DNA from: a virus
Lineage: Duplodnaviria > Caudoviricetes
Length of the DNA stretch: 56,719 bases
IMG/VR virus record: IMGVR_UViG_3300028025_001269
Location: 1-56,719 of that record
Strand: one strand, 5' to 3'
Shown here: piece after piece, positions 45,833-54,999 of the stretch
How the letters are laid out: every line of letters starts with the position of its first letter
Position numbering within the stretch: position 1 is the stretch's first letter
The notes under the pieces: model-generated
Seen by the model: only the letters and a program-made list of their open reading frames with translations
Told to the model about the DNA's origin: nothing
Databases searched by the model: none
Made by a program: the position numbers and the translations under genes

Positions 45833-46273
45833 TTAGAGTTTTTTCATGCTGTTAAATCCACCGATTTTATAGCCTTGGTGAATATAGAATTTCTTCATTT
45901 CTTCAATTTTGCCACCCACACTGTGACCCATAAAGATCTCAGATACGCCCTGCTCTTTAGCCCACTGCTCTACAGCTTGTAGTAACCTAAAAGCTTCTCT
46001 ACCTCCACGATACTCTGGAAGTATGTAGAATCCCACATCCGTTGCTCTTTCATAGTCAGAAAAAAAGAAAGAATCAATTACTGCACCAATAAAGCCAATA
46101 CAAACATCATCTCGATACGCTAAGAATGCTGCACCCCTAGGGTAGTTAAAGAGTTTCTGAATCTTAGCTTTACTGGGTTTAGCATAAGAGAAGACACTTT
46201 CTTCTACCATGCTTTCAATTAAACTAAAGAGCGTATCAAAGTGCTCTTGCTTAGCTCTAAGTATCTGTGTCAT
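45833..46273 (-). CDS. GNAT-family acyltransferase
   Basis: FYILPEYRGG (acyl-CoA-binding motif A) and FY...GY (motif B). Confidence 0.85.
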   Translation of the reverse strand: MTQILRAKQEHFDTLFSLIESMVEESVFSYAKPSKAKIQKLFNYPRGAAFLAYRDDVCIGFIGAVIDSFFFSDYERATDVGFYILPEYRGGREAFRLLQAVEQWAKEQGVSEIFMGHSVGGKIEEMKKFYIHQGYKIGGFNSMKKL

Positions 46274-46814
46274 TTAAGAAGGCTGCATCTTTTATTGTTA
46301 ATGAATCTTTTTTTATTGCATCCCCAAACTTTACTGTGGACAGATGATGATCTCCCATAACAATTCCAGAGTAATCAGCAGCTACGCAATGCGGCTCTAC
46401 CCCATTCAGCCAATGCTGAACGGACATGAATACACCACCTTCGGGTCCTGTCATAGCACCATGTACATCTGATGGTTTCACTCTCCATGAAACCCCACGC
46501 CTAATAGAAGTACCTATGTCTGTTGGAGTTGTTAGATCTTCTTCGCTTATAAGCCATTTACCTTGATGGCTAAACCTAACTTGACCACCAATGTATACTT
46601 CAAAAGAATCTACATTTGGGTGTGTATGTTCTGGAATAATCACGTTACCCGGAACTACAAACAGCTGTACTTGAAACTCTTTATCTCTGTACCATATAAC
46701 AGAAGTTATATCTTCAACCTTGTGTACAGACTTAAACAGAGGTACTGCACCAATGCCAGAAACATTTTTAAAAAACCAATTATAGAATTCTAAAAGTTTA
46801 TCTTTTTCTTCCAT
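46257..46814 (-). CDS. Cupin-fold protein
   Basis: IPEHTHPNVDSFE...G and V.P...HG metal-binding motifs. Confidence 0.7.
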   Translation of the reverse strand: MEEKDKLLEFYNWFFKNVSGIGAVPLFKSVHKVEDITSVIWYRDKEFQVQLFVVPGNVIIPEHTHPNVDSFEVYIGGQVRFSHQGKWLISEEDLTTPTDIGTSIRRGVSWRVKPSDVHGAMTGPEGGVFMSVQHWLNGVEPHCVAADYSGIVMGDHHLSTVKFGDAIKKDSLTIKDAAFLNDTDT

Positions 46815-46817
46815 ACA

Positions 46818-48269
46818 TTATTCTAGGGTCAATGACCATCCTTGATTACCATTATCTTTAACGGGATATCCGCTTTTTATTAAGGCATCTACAAGTAGAG
46901 GATTACTTTTATCGGATTCAAACTTAGAAATACCTGCAGACTTAGCCGTATTCATATTAGCAACCACTGCACTTAATAGTTTCTCAGGGGCATCATTACT
47001 AAACACTATAGGATCTACAACACCCGGCTGTTTTACAAATCCAATTACAACGGTATCGTTATGACGAGTAATAATAGCACGATTAGCTTTAACTAATCTA
47101 TTGATCTTTGAAAGATACTGCTGTGTTTTTTCTGGATCTTCCGGCTGAAAGTTATTTTTAATAATGGCAGCAGAAGTCAATCCTTCTGTAGGCATACTCT
47201 GCTGTTCGGGAGAAACTTGCATTTGCTGTGCCTTCATTCCCGATGCAGTCTGTTGAATAAAAGCTAACTGTTCTTCAGTTAAAGTTGGCACTTGAGCTTG
47301 TTGTGGCTGCTGATCTTGTGCAAGAGCTTCTTGTGTCTGTGCCATAGCTGCAGGGTCTGTTGCCATACCACCTACAGCCATCTCTACATCTTCGTCCTTC
47401 TCTTCACCCATCTCACCCATGATCTCATCGATCTGAGATTCAAACTCACCTGTGTCTTCTTCCGTAGCTTCGTCAGCATTAGACATCTGACCCATGTCTT
47501 CCATCTTGCCAAGACCTTCCTTAGCAGCTTGACGCATCATCATTAAACGCTCAAGCCCAATAAAGCGTACTACGTCAGCTGGGAATACAAACTCACCTTC
47601 ACTTAACTGTGCAGGGATATCATCTCGTACTTCTTCTTGCATTGCACCGACAGGTACGTCATTCCCACTAACGGGATCAACTGTACCGCCCTCCTGCATC
47701 ATGCCGCCTTCTTTAAGCATACGTTGTGTTTGTGATATCACTTGTCCACCTTTAGCCATGTTTGTTGGCTCTTCTTTTGAAAAGCTTTGACGTAGTTTTT
47801 CTACGAACTGAGTTTGCTCTTCTGTTGGAGTGCCAGCACTAGGATCTCCAGATAAAATTCTAGCAGCTATAGTTGCTTTTCTATCTGCCTCTGAAGCTTG
47901 TTTATATGTGTTACTATTTAAAAACTCTGCCTGTGACGGGGTCAATTCAAAATTAGGTGCTAAACTTTTATCTGTTCTCATTTTAATTCTAGCAGCTTCA
48001 TTTAGAGCAACAGCTTGTTTTTCTTGGTCTGTTAATTTAGAATAGGGATTTAAGATGACTCGATTGTCCTCCGTTGCCATCCCTGTTACATTAGGATTAT
48101 TTTTAAAATACTCTAACTCACTGTCTTCTGGCTTACGCATAAGACCCTTAACAACATCACCACCTGCCCGAAAAGTAGGCAGCTTAATCACGGGAGAAGT
48201 AGACTGTTGATGTCCAATAGGCTCAGAGCTATCCAGTGTTACTTGCTGTGGTTCTATCTTATTCAACAT
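46818..48269 (-). CDS. Multi-module virion protein with DDIPA.LSEGEFV domain
   Basis: Five xxGG motifs and a DDIPAQLSEGEFVFPADVV core; lies between portal and scaffold. Confidence 0.6.
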   Translation of the reverse strand: MLNKIEPQQVTLDSSEPIGHQQSTSPVIKLPTFRAGGDVVKGLMRKPEDSELEYFKNNPNVTGMATEDNRVILNPYSKLTDQEKQAVALNEAARIKMRTDKSLAPNFELTPSQAEFLNSNTYKQASEADRKATIAARILSGDPSAGTPTEEQTQFVEKLRQSFSKEEPTNMAKGGQVISQTQRMLKEGGMMQEGGTVDPVSGNDVPVGAMQEEVRDDIPAQLSEGEFVFPADVVRFIGLERLMMMRQAAKEGLGKMEDMGQMSNADEATEEDTGEFESQIDEIMGEMGEEKDEDVEMAVGGMATDPAAMAQTQEALAQDQQPQQAQVPTLTEEQLAFIQQTASGMKAQQMQVSPEQQSMPTEGLTSAAIIKNNFQPEDPEKTQQYLSKINRLVKANRAIITRHNDTVVIGFVKQPGVVDPIVFSNDAPEKLLSAVVANMNTAKSAGISKFESDKSNPLLVDALIKSGYPVKDNGNQGWSLTLE

Positions 48270-48498
48270 TGACTTGATCCCTTAGGTACTTTAATTTTCT
48301 AAGAGCATGAATGGCACCCTGAGCTTGATACATCTCAATTGGATCCACCGACTGCTCTAGCTTTGTACGTTGCATTTCAATCTCATAATCAATAGCTTCA
48401 ACAAAACCTTGCCACTGATTGTTATTAGATACAAAACCTTTTAACTTAGATAAGAAGGCTTTAGCTGGTTTAGTGTCTGTACTCTTTGCTTGTGTCAT
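48259..48498 (-). CDS. Small conserved protein downstream of the portal
   Basis: YQAQG.I..L..L..LRD motif. Confidence 0.7.
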   Translation of the reverse strand: MTQAKSTDTKPAKAFLSKLKGFVSNNNQWQGFVEAIDYEIEMQRTKLEQSVDPIEMYQAQGAIHALRKLKYLRDQVNVE

Positions 48499-48501
48499 AG
48501 T

Positions 48502-50616
48502 TTACTGTGGCATTCCGGGTGGAGGGGCAGCTGGAGGTGTACCCTGTGGTGTTATGTTACCACTAAAGCCTTGCTCTCCGGGTACTGGTGCTGCACCCAC
48601 TCCGATATTGCCACCGCCACCACCTGTCATATCCTGAACACCGGGTACTCCGGGAACTCCACCTGCTGGTGCTGGAGGTGCAGGAGGTTGATTCTGTTGC
48701 AATAGAACCATCTGACGTGTAGCCTCATCTATATTGTTGGTTACCTTGTCTGGATCTAAATCCATTGACTTAGCAATCTCACGAATAATGTACGGGAACT
48801 TAGCGTAAGGAGCAAGAGCAGGATTACTTGCTACTTGCAAGAATTGCATTAGACGTTGACTGCGTACTTCATTTGCCATGAGGCTTTCTGTACCACGGGC
48901 TTTAACTTCTAAGTCACCCTTGATTTCTGCATCAAAGTCAAACTGCATATTAAAGCTAAAGAATGCCTCACCTAGTGGACGTAACAAGTAGTCATCTAAG
49001 TTCTTGATAACAGTCTTAACGCTACCAGAAGCAGCATTCATCAGCATGCTAATACCACTAGCAGTACGACCTACGCCTGATACGCCAGTCTGTCCATGCG
49101 AGAACGAAGGTAAGCCTGTAGACTCATCAGCTAAAATACGAGCTTTATCAAATAGCTGCAGGTTCTCATTGGATACGTTAGGGAACTTGGTACCGAAGAT
49201 AGCTTGACCGGGAGCACCACCCTGTCTACGGAATACTTTACCGGGATAGACTGACAGATCTTGACCGGGAGTCAAGTTAGTCTCATCGACCTCGAATACA
49301 AGGTTGCCAGATAGGACGGCATTATCTACCGCCATACGCATAAACCCGTTCATTAAAGTTTGTGTATCGTCCATGTTTTCTGCGATACCGATGCCAAATA
49401 GCGAGTATGGGTTTAATTCGTAGGGGACAGCGTAATACGGAATCCTAGCTGGCTTGAAAGGATTTAATACCATGCGGAGAATACGACCATTACAGTACCA
49501 GATGTTGGCTTGTAATTCATCGGCATTCTCTAACTCTTTAGGAATCGTAACTTCGTTTTGTTCTAACAGTTCACGCTCAACTGCACCCCAGAACTCAAGG
49601 ACCTCAAAGCGATCAATGCCTTGGTCAGTACGATAATCCATCAAGTCATCTTCCCAATACTTCTTGGTATACGACTCACCCTGTGCTACTACATCATCAA
49701 TAACTGTCTTGCGGAAGAAGGGACGCTTCTTGAGAGCACGAATCTGAGTACGGCTCATCTTGTGACGCTCGATTACATACTGTGCTTCATCCATGTTAAT
49801 TGCATCGGGATCAGCATAGAAGTTCCATACGCTAACATGAGATGTAGAAGGTACTGTCTTAATCAAGGGGCTGTACTCACCCTCGTTTGACCAGTTAGGA
49901 TATTCTTTATCAATAGCAAAAGGACCCTTCATGATACCTGTACCAAAAAGTGCCATCTCAAATGCTGTTGATCTTAGCTGCTTACTTGCATTCGATTCAT
50001 CTAGCTGATCATGGATCTTCTTCTCCATCTTCTTAGCAGCTACCATCGCTGGGCTAAAGGTAGCAGATCCGGGTGTTACACCGGGACCTTCATTTAGATT
50101 CTGAATACCAGAGAGTTCATCGGCTAGAGGACCTAGACGTTCTTGGAGTGTTGCAAAGGTAGCACCGGGAGGTAAGTCATTACCGTCACCTTTGTAACCA
50201 TAGGGAGAAAAATCAGGAATAGCTTCCTGTAACTTAGCTTCATTTGGATCAAAGCTAACATCTGCTGCTACGCCATCGGGTAATACGGTTGGGTCTACGC
50301 TGATAGGGAAACTGTTGTTTGAAAACAATACATCAACGATCTGACCATAAGCGGCTAGAGTCTTAGTCTTAGTAACTTTGATAAAGACACGGCTCTTCTC
50401 CGTTTCAGTGAACTGAACGTCAGGACCATAGATACCCCGATAGTTGCGATAGGCACGGAGCCATCTCTCTTCATCTATCCTGCGGGTTGTCTCTGCCTTG
50501 GTGTACTTTTCCATAAGCAACTGGACAATAGGACCAGTTACTTTATCTTCTGCATTGATGTTATCGACATCCCCTAAATTAATAGAGTCTGTTTCAATAA
50601 AATTTTTATCTATCAT
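48502..50616 (-). CDS. Portal protein
   Basis: 704 aa; W...Y.NYRG.Y, GTG..K, G.G..E and RTASG.SM motifs; Pro/Gln-rich tail; follows TerL. Confidence 0.9.
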   Translation of the reverse strand: MIDKNFIETDSINLGDVDNINAEDKVTGPIVQLLMEKYTKAETTRRIDEERWLRAYRNYRGIYGPDVQFTETEKSRVFIKVTKTKTLAAYGQIVDVLFSNNSFPISVDPTVLPDGVAADVSFDPNEAKLQEAIPDFSPYGYKGDGNDLPPGATFATLQERLGPLADELSGIQNLNEGPGVTPGSATFSPAMVAAKKMEKKIHDQLDESNASKQLRSTAFEMALFGTGIMKGPFAIDKEYPNWSNEGEYSPLIKTVPSTSHVSVWNFYADPDAINMDEAQYVIERHKMSRTQIRALKKRPFFRKTVIDDVVAQGESYTKKYWEDDLMDYRTDQGIDRFEVLEFWGAVERELLEQNEVTIPKELENADELQANIWYCNGRILRMVLNPFKPARIPYYAVPYELNPYSLFGIGIAENMDDTQTLMNGFMRMAVDNAVLSGNLVFEVDETNLTPGQDLSVYPGKVFRRQGGAPGQAIFGTKFPNVSNENLQLFDKARILADESTGLPSFSHGQTGVSGVGRTASGISMLMNAASGSVKTVIKNLDDYLLRPLGEAFFSFNMQFDFDAEIKGDLEVKARGTESLMANEVRSQRLMQFLQVASNPALAPYAKFPYIIREIAKSMDLDPDKVTNNIDEATRQMVLLQQNQPPAPPAPAGGVPGVPGVQDMTGGGGGNIGVGAAPVPGEQGFSGNITPQGTPPAAPPPGMPQ

Positions 50617-50625
50617 TCGTTACCT

Positions 50626-52221
50626 TTAGTATCCGAAAACATTGTCTGCAATTGCAGGACCACTACGTTGGCTCAGAGGATTATAATCGAATAGACTACT
50701 TCTAGGTCTACTCATTACTCCATATCGCAAAGAATCATATAAGTGATCCTCTGACTTGGTATCTATATCCTCTGGGTTATTTTTATCCAAAGGCAAGATG
50801 GGCAATTGTGCAATCAGGTTTGTGCAGTTACTAGTTATAACAAGTCTTGGCTCTTCTGTAAAGGGGTCAACCTGTAATCGTCTATGTATTTCATTCTTTC
50901 CTGCAATACGGCTACCTGCACTTCTATCTGCTGGTCTCCATCTGCAGCCAGATTGAATCATCTGCTCTGCTAATGAAGGACCTGTGTCTCCCCGCTTGTG
51001 CCAACATGAACTATCCAGTACACCGTAGCGAATAGTACCGTCATTCTTCTCTGCTTCTAGTACCATACCCGCTAAATCCTTGGCTAATACCTTACTTACG
51101 TACAGTTCACGGTACACAATTAGCTGTTCACTGGGGCTAACTGCGAACCAAACAACAGCAGAATAAGACCCATATCCGTAGTCACAAGCCCTGAATCTAG
51201 CCCAATCTCGGGGTATTTCAATAGGGTCAATGACGTGAATCTGCCTGTTAAACTCTGAAAATGCAGCACCTTCTGCTACATCCCAGTTACCTTCTAGCAA
51301 TTGCTTGCGTTGATGCTCGGGTAATGACAGCAACATGGTCTCATAGTCACCTTGTTGTGCCAAATAAGGGTTATCTATCAGCATAGCTGGGATAAACCTA
51401 CGCTTAAACAGGGGTTGTCCTGCCTTACTGTGCCCTGCAGGATACTCCAACCGCTTACCTGTCTCTACATCCGTAGCCCAATAGGACTTTCCCGGGGGTG
51501 ATGGGTCAATAAACATCTTTTTAACCCATGCATGACCCGGTCCACCGGGGTTAGTTGTAGCTCTCATGTAGATTGGCAGGTCTGGTGCTGTACTACGCAG
51601 ACGAGAACGCATGTAATTCCACGCAAATGGGGTAGACCACTGCGTTAACTCGTCAAAACCCACCCAACTAAAGGCTAAACCCTGATACCTGAGTACATCT
51701 TCGTCTCTATCGAGGTAAGAGAACCACAATCTAGCACCACTAGGGGCTACCCACTGCATCTTTCGCTCTGACCACTTGATACCCGGGTAGATCTTCGGGT
51801 ACATTTCCTGTGATTTCCAGATTAACTCTCTAAGTTCCTCAGTAGTATGACGCAAAAGAAGACCGCTAAAGGAAGGATGACCCATATATCTGAGAGGGTC
51901 AGCAAGCATGGCATAAGATTTACCTCCTCCGGCTGCTCCACCGTACAATACTTCCCGTTCTGGTGCTGCTAAGAAGTATGTCTGGGGTCCAGCATTGGGT
52001 TTAAAGATAATATTCTGTCCCTCAATGTTAGGAACATGCATCTCTTCATCGTCAATCTGTGATTCCGTGTTCGAGGTCAACATCTGCGATGATGTCTTTG
52101 GCTCGTTTGATTCCTTTGTTGCCAATTCTTTTTTCGTACTTCTCCGCTTCTTCAATGGCTTTTTTGTATTTGGTAGCCCAGCTTCGGAGAGTAGAAGCTT
52201 TTGTCTTGTTTCGCTGCTCAT
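50626..52221 (-). CDS. terL: Terminase large subunit (true start uncertain: 52221, 52083 or 52041)
   Basis: Walker A YGGAAGGGKS; Walker B GFDE; ATTNPGG; nuclease motifs DYG and DH.YD..RY. Confidence 0.93.
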   Translation of the reverse strand: MSSETRQKLLLSEAGLPNTKKPLKKRRSTKKELATKESNEPKTSSQMLTSNTESQIDDEEMHVPNIEGQNIIFKPNAGPQTYFLAAPEREVLYGGAAGGGKSYAMLADPLRYMGHPSFSGLLLRHTTEELRELIWKSQEMYPKIYPGIKWSERKMQWVAPSGARLWFSYLDRDEDVLRYQGLAFSWVGFDELTQWSTPFAWNYMRSRLRSTAPDLPIYMRATTNPGGPGHAWVKKMFIDPSPPGKSYWATDVETGKRLEYPAGHSKAGQPLFKRRFIPAMLIDNPYLAQQGDYETMLLSLPEHQRKQLLEGNWDVAEGAAFSEFNRQIHVIDPIEIPRDWARFRACDYGYGSYSAVVWFAVSPSEQLIVYRELYVSKVLAKDLAGMVLEAEKNDGTIRYGVLDSSCWHKRGDTGPSLAEQMIQSGCRWRPADRSAGSRIAGKNEIHRRLQVDPFTEEPRLVITSNCTNLIAQLPILPLDKNNPEDIDTKSEDHLYDSLRYGVMSRPRSSLFDYNPLSQRSGPAIADNVFGY

Positions 52222-52507
52222 GTTTTATTCTTTTCAGTAACCCTGCATGCGATATCGATCTGCCTGTAACCTTAGTAAGCCAAGCTGCGACATACCGAGA
52301 CGGGTACTGCTTCAGATACTTCTTAGCTTTTTCTAAAGCCTCAAGTTCATGAGGTATAGGATCTAAGACTTGATCATCAGTCTCACAAATCTTATACCCA
52401 AATGGAACCTGTATCTTTGCAATACGGGGTATCGGTACGTATTCCCCAGTCTCTGGTGCATCTAGCGGTTGGGGTAGAATCCACTTGCCAGCCGTAGCAC
52501 GTACCAT
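52052..52507 (-). CDS. Probable DNA-binding protein (recombinase-like HTH)
   Basis: VPFGY...P.P.E motif and SR.VA.WL...GR.IS..GL helix-turn-helix-like segment. Confidence 0.55.
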   Translation of the reverse strand: MVRATAGKWILPQPLDAPETGEYVPIPRIAKIQVPFGYKICETDDQVLDPIPHELEALEKAKKYLKQYPSRYVAAWLTKVTGRSISHAGLLKRIKHEQRNKTKASTLRSWATKYKKAIEEAEKYEKRIGNKGIKRAKDIIADVDLEHGITD

Positions 52508-52509
52508 AG

Positions 52510-52887
52510 TTACTCGTCTTCTTCGTTATCTCGTTCTTTAGGTGGAAGAATCATTAAACCATTCGTAGCTTCAACTTGTAACTTCTCAGTCTTAACTAAA
52601 CCAACACGGTCTAAGAGATCCTTAGCTGCATTGATTTTATCACGTAATCCTAATTCTGTGGGGTCTACCATACCAGATACAATTGACATGGCTGCACGAG
52701 GGGCATTACGTGCCATGTACAACTGGGTACGCTCCATGATCTCTTCCTTGATACCCTTAACTAAATCAGTCGTAGAGTAGTCACGGGAGTAGCCAGCTAG
52801 TTCCTTAGCACGAATAGGATCTCCACCTGCTTCTTCAAACAGGACTTCTAGAAACTTAGCTTGCTTTTCATTTAACTCTTTTGCCAT
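52510..52887 (-). CDS. terS: Terminase small subunit
   Basis: L.EKQ.KF...A..LAGYS N-terminal HTH; AAKDLLDR.G motif. Confidence 0.75.
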   Translation of the reverse strand: MAKELNEKQAKFLEVLFEEAGGDPIRAKELAGYSRDYSTTDLVKGIKEEIMERTQLYMARNAPRAAMSIVSGMVDPTELGLRDKINAAKDLLDRVGLVKTEKLQVEATNGLMILPPKERDNEEDE

Positions 52888-53135
52888 TATGTTTTCCTAA
52901 ATGGTTTTACCTTCTTGGCTATTGCTTTTGGCTGGGCTACAAACTGCTTACCCGATTTAGTGCCTTCTCGTTTAGCCTTTGACGTAGCTGCGTATTCTGC
53001 AGAGCTTAACGCCTTAATTGCTTTCTCAGGTAAGTAACGCTCTCCTGTCTCAGAAGACTTCTTACCAGACTTTGTAGTCCACTTCTGTTTACCCCAAGCC
53101 TTTAAGGACTCTTGGGGTTTCTTTAGTGCACTCAC
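52887..53135 (-). CDS. Small Lys-rich protein (DUF5872-like C-terminal half)
   Basis: Q.SLK.W..Q.W.TKSG...TGERYLP..A...KQFV. Confidence 0.65.
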   Translation of the reverse strand: MSALKKPQESLKAWGKQKWTTKSGKKSSETGERYLPEKAIKALSSAEYAATSKAKREGTKSGKQFVAQPKAIAKKVKPFRKT

Positions 53136-53317
53136 TTATATCCTCCACCAGCAGCCTTATACTTCTTAGCCACTAGCTGTGCTTTTCTAGCTGACCACTC
53201 ACCAGCACCTGTTCCCTGTGTAGCTGCAGACTTTACCTGCGATACTATCTTCTTACGTAACTCAGGCTTTGTGTAGTTACCTGCAGCATTAACCGTGGAT
53301 TTCTTTTTAGTTGCCAT
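53132..53317 (-). CDS. Small Lys-rich protein (DUF5872-like N-terminal half)
   Basis: YTKPELR...WSARKAQ...YK.AGGGY; start re-called at 53317. Confidence 0.65.
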   Translation of the reverse strand: MATKKKSTVNAAGNYTKPELRKKIVSQVKSAATQGTGAGEWSARKAQLVAKKYKAAGGGYK

Positions 53318-53318
53318 G

Positions 53319-53675
53319 TTATTCTCGGTTAGCTGGATCAAAGAACTCTTCTACTGTGACTGTGGCATCCATAGTACTTGCAGCTTCTGGAGTAACTTTA
53401 AAACTATCACCTGCATTTAACACGAGATAACTTTGATCAAAGGTCAAATAGTTGTAAGCTGAAATTGTGTATCCTCCTACAATAGCATAGGTCGCATTAG
53501 CAGAAGCATCATACCAGTCTAACTGAACAGTCTTATTGCCAGACCCTTTGTTAGCTATAAATAGTAAAACTATCTTACAGGTATGATTTGCAGGACATGT
53601 GTAGATGGTATTCGTAGTACCTGCTACCAGATTAGTACCAAGACTACGTAACTTAGGTGGGATTGCAGTTGTCAT
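53319..53675 (-). CDS. Small beta-rich protein, paralog-like to 37276-37602
   Basis: IYTCP...N...LVL.AGD. Confidence 0.65.
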   Translation of the reverse strand: MTTAIPPKLRSLGTNLVAGTTNTIYTCPANHTCKIVLLFIANKGSGNKTVQLDWYDASANATYAIVGGYTISAYNYLTFDQSYLVLNAGDSFKVTPEAASTMDATVTVEEFFDPANRE

Positions 53676-54088
53676 TACTTCTTTTTCACTTTACGTGCTT
53701 CAGATAAGGCAATAGCAATAGCTTGCTTAGGATTCTTAACTACAGGACCACCCTTACCCGAGTGTAATCCCTTGTCCTTGAACTCACCCATAACCTTGCC
53801 TACCTTAGCTGTTTGCTTTTTAGTTAAACCACCTTCAGCTAACTTCTTAGTTTTTACTGGGGAGAATTTAGTTACACCTGCCTTAGCAGCTTTAGAACCT
53901 GACTTCTTAATCACAGAACCTCCTTTAGCCATAGCAGTCATAGCACCTGTACGCTTACGACTCATCTGACCTTCTATCTCTGCAATACGCCTAGCAATCC
54001 GAGGATCTTGTACAGATCTCCCGGACTGGGCATTACGTAAGGAAACTAATTCAGCCTTAAGTTGATTAATTTCAAGGTCTTCTGCCAT
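53675..54088 (-). CDS. Lys-rich protein with DUF6496-like C-terminal domain
   Basis: KV.KVM.EFK...LHSG....V.NPKQAIAIALSEA; MAKGG and LAEGG motifs. Confidence 0.7.
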   Translation of the reverse strand: MAEDLEINQLKAELVSLRNAQSGRSVQDPRIARRIAEIEGQMSRKRTGAMTAMAKGGSVIKKSGSKAAKAGVTKFSPVKTKKLAEGGLTKKQTAKVGKVMGEFKDKGLHSGKGGPVVKNPKQAIAIALSEARKVKKK

Positions 54089-54393
54089 TACTTCTTCTTA
54101 GCCTTAGGTACACCAATCATGATAGCCAGTATAGGTTTTTTAGAAGCAGAGCCACCTTTAGCCATCTTCTTAGCTAAACACTTACCTGCAGCCTTACACT
54201 TAGCTGGGGAAGGGCAAGCATCACAGGGTTTAAACTTCTTTACATCTCCACCCTTAGCCATCTTCTTTTCCTTCTCTTTTTCTTTCTCAGCTTTGGCTTT
54301 ATCCATACGCTCTTGAGCAGCCTTGTTCTGTTCTGGGGTACCTAAGATATTTTCTTTAAGGCGGGTAAGGGGGTTAGTCGCTTTAGATGCCAT
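54088..54393 (-). CDS. Lys-rich protein with a 4-Cys segment
   Basis: Two MAKGG motifs flank CDACPSPAKCKAAGKC. Confidence 0.7.
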   Translation of the reverse strand: MASKATNPLTRLKENILGTPEQNKAAQERMDKAKAEKEKEKEKKMAKGGDVKKFKPCDACPSPAKCKAAGKCLAKKMAKGGSASKKPILAIMIGVPKAKKK

Positions 54394-54395
54394 GA

Positions 54396-54575
54396 TTATT
54401 TTCCTAATTTTTTTAATGTCTTAGCTAAACGGGCACGTTGCCCAAGTTTACCGGGAGCTTTAGAAGCTTTAGCTAGTTCTTTAGCAGGGATTGTTTCACC
54501 CTCTTTAACCTTTAATGACCTACGTAAAGCACCGGGTTTCTTAATTGCTTCTTGAATCCAGTTCTTAGTAGCCAT
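54396..54575 (-). CDS. Small Lys-rich protein, 59 aa (not in the ORF track)
   Basis: MATKNWIQEAIKKPGALR...GKLGQRARLAKTLKKLGK; exactly fills the gap between genes. Confidence 0.75.
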   Translation of the reverse strand: MATKNWIQEAIKKPGALRRSLKVKEGETIPAKELAKASKAPGKLGQRARLAKTLKKLGK

Positions 54576-54577
54576 GA

Positions 54578-54976
54578 TTACTTCTTAGCCTTTTGAGCAG
54601 GTTTCATAGAAGCACCACAGTTAGCTTTAACCATGCCACCTTTAGCATATGCCATTGGCTTTTTAGCCATGCCACCTTTTTTTAATTCTAAAGACTTCTG
54701 TAATTCTTTCTTCTCTTTCTCAGTCAAAGGACCCTTCTTACCAGCTGGCTTCTCTTTACCCATAGCAGAAGCATAAGCCTCTTTATCAGCAGCAGCTTCT
54801 TCCTTCTTGGTCAGCTTCTTAGACTTCTCTACTTCCTTTTCTTTCATGAACTCTTTCTGAGCAGCCATAGTATCTTCATCGTAACCGGGACTACCTGCAG
54901 CTTTTTTAGCAGCTTCATCCATCTTCTTTACTTCTGCTTTAGAAAACATCTTACCTAAACGTGAGGAGAGTGACAT
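54578..54976 (-). CDS. Lys-rich protein
   Basis: LKKGG and YAKGG motifs; AAGGA RBS. Confidence 0.7.
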   Translation of the reverse strand: MSLSSRLGKMFSKAEVKKMDEAAKKAAGSPGYDEDTMAAQKEFMKEKEVEKSKKLTKKEEAAADKEAYASAMGKEKPAGKKGPLTEKEKKELQKSLELKKGGMAKKPMAYAKGGMVKANCGASMKPAQKAKK

Positions 54977-54999
54977 GATTTGATTCCTTTAGTTAAAAA

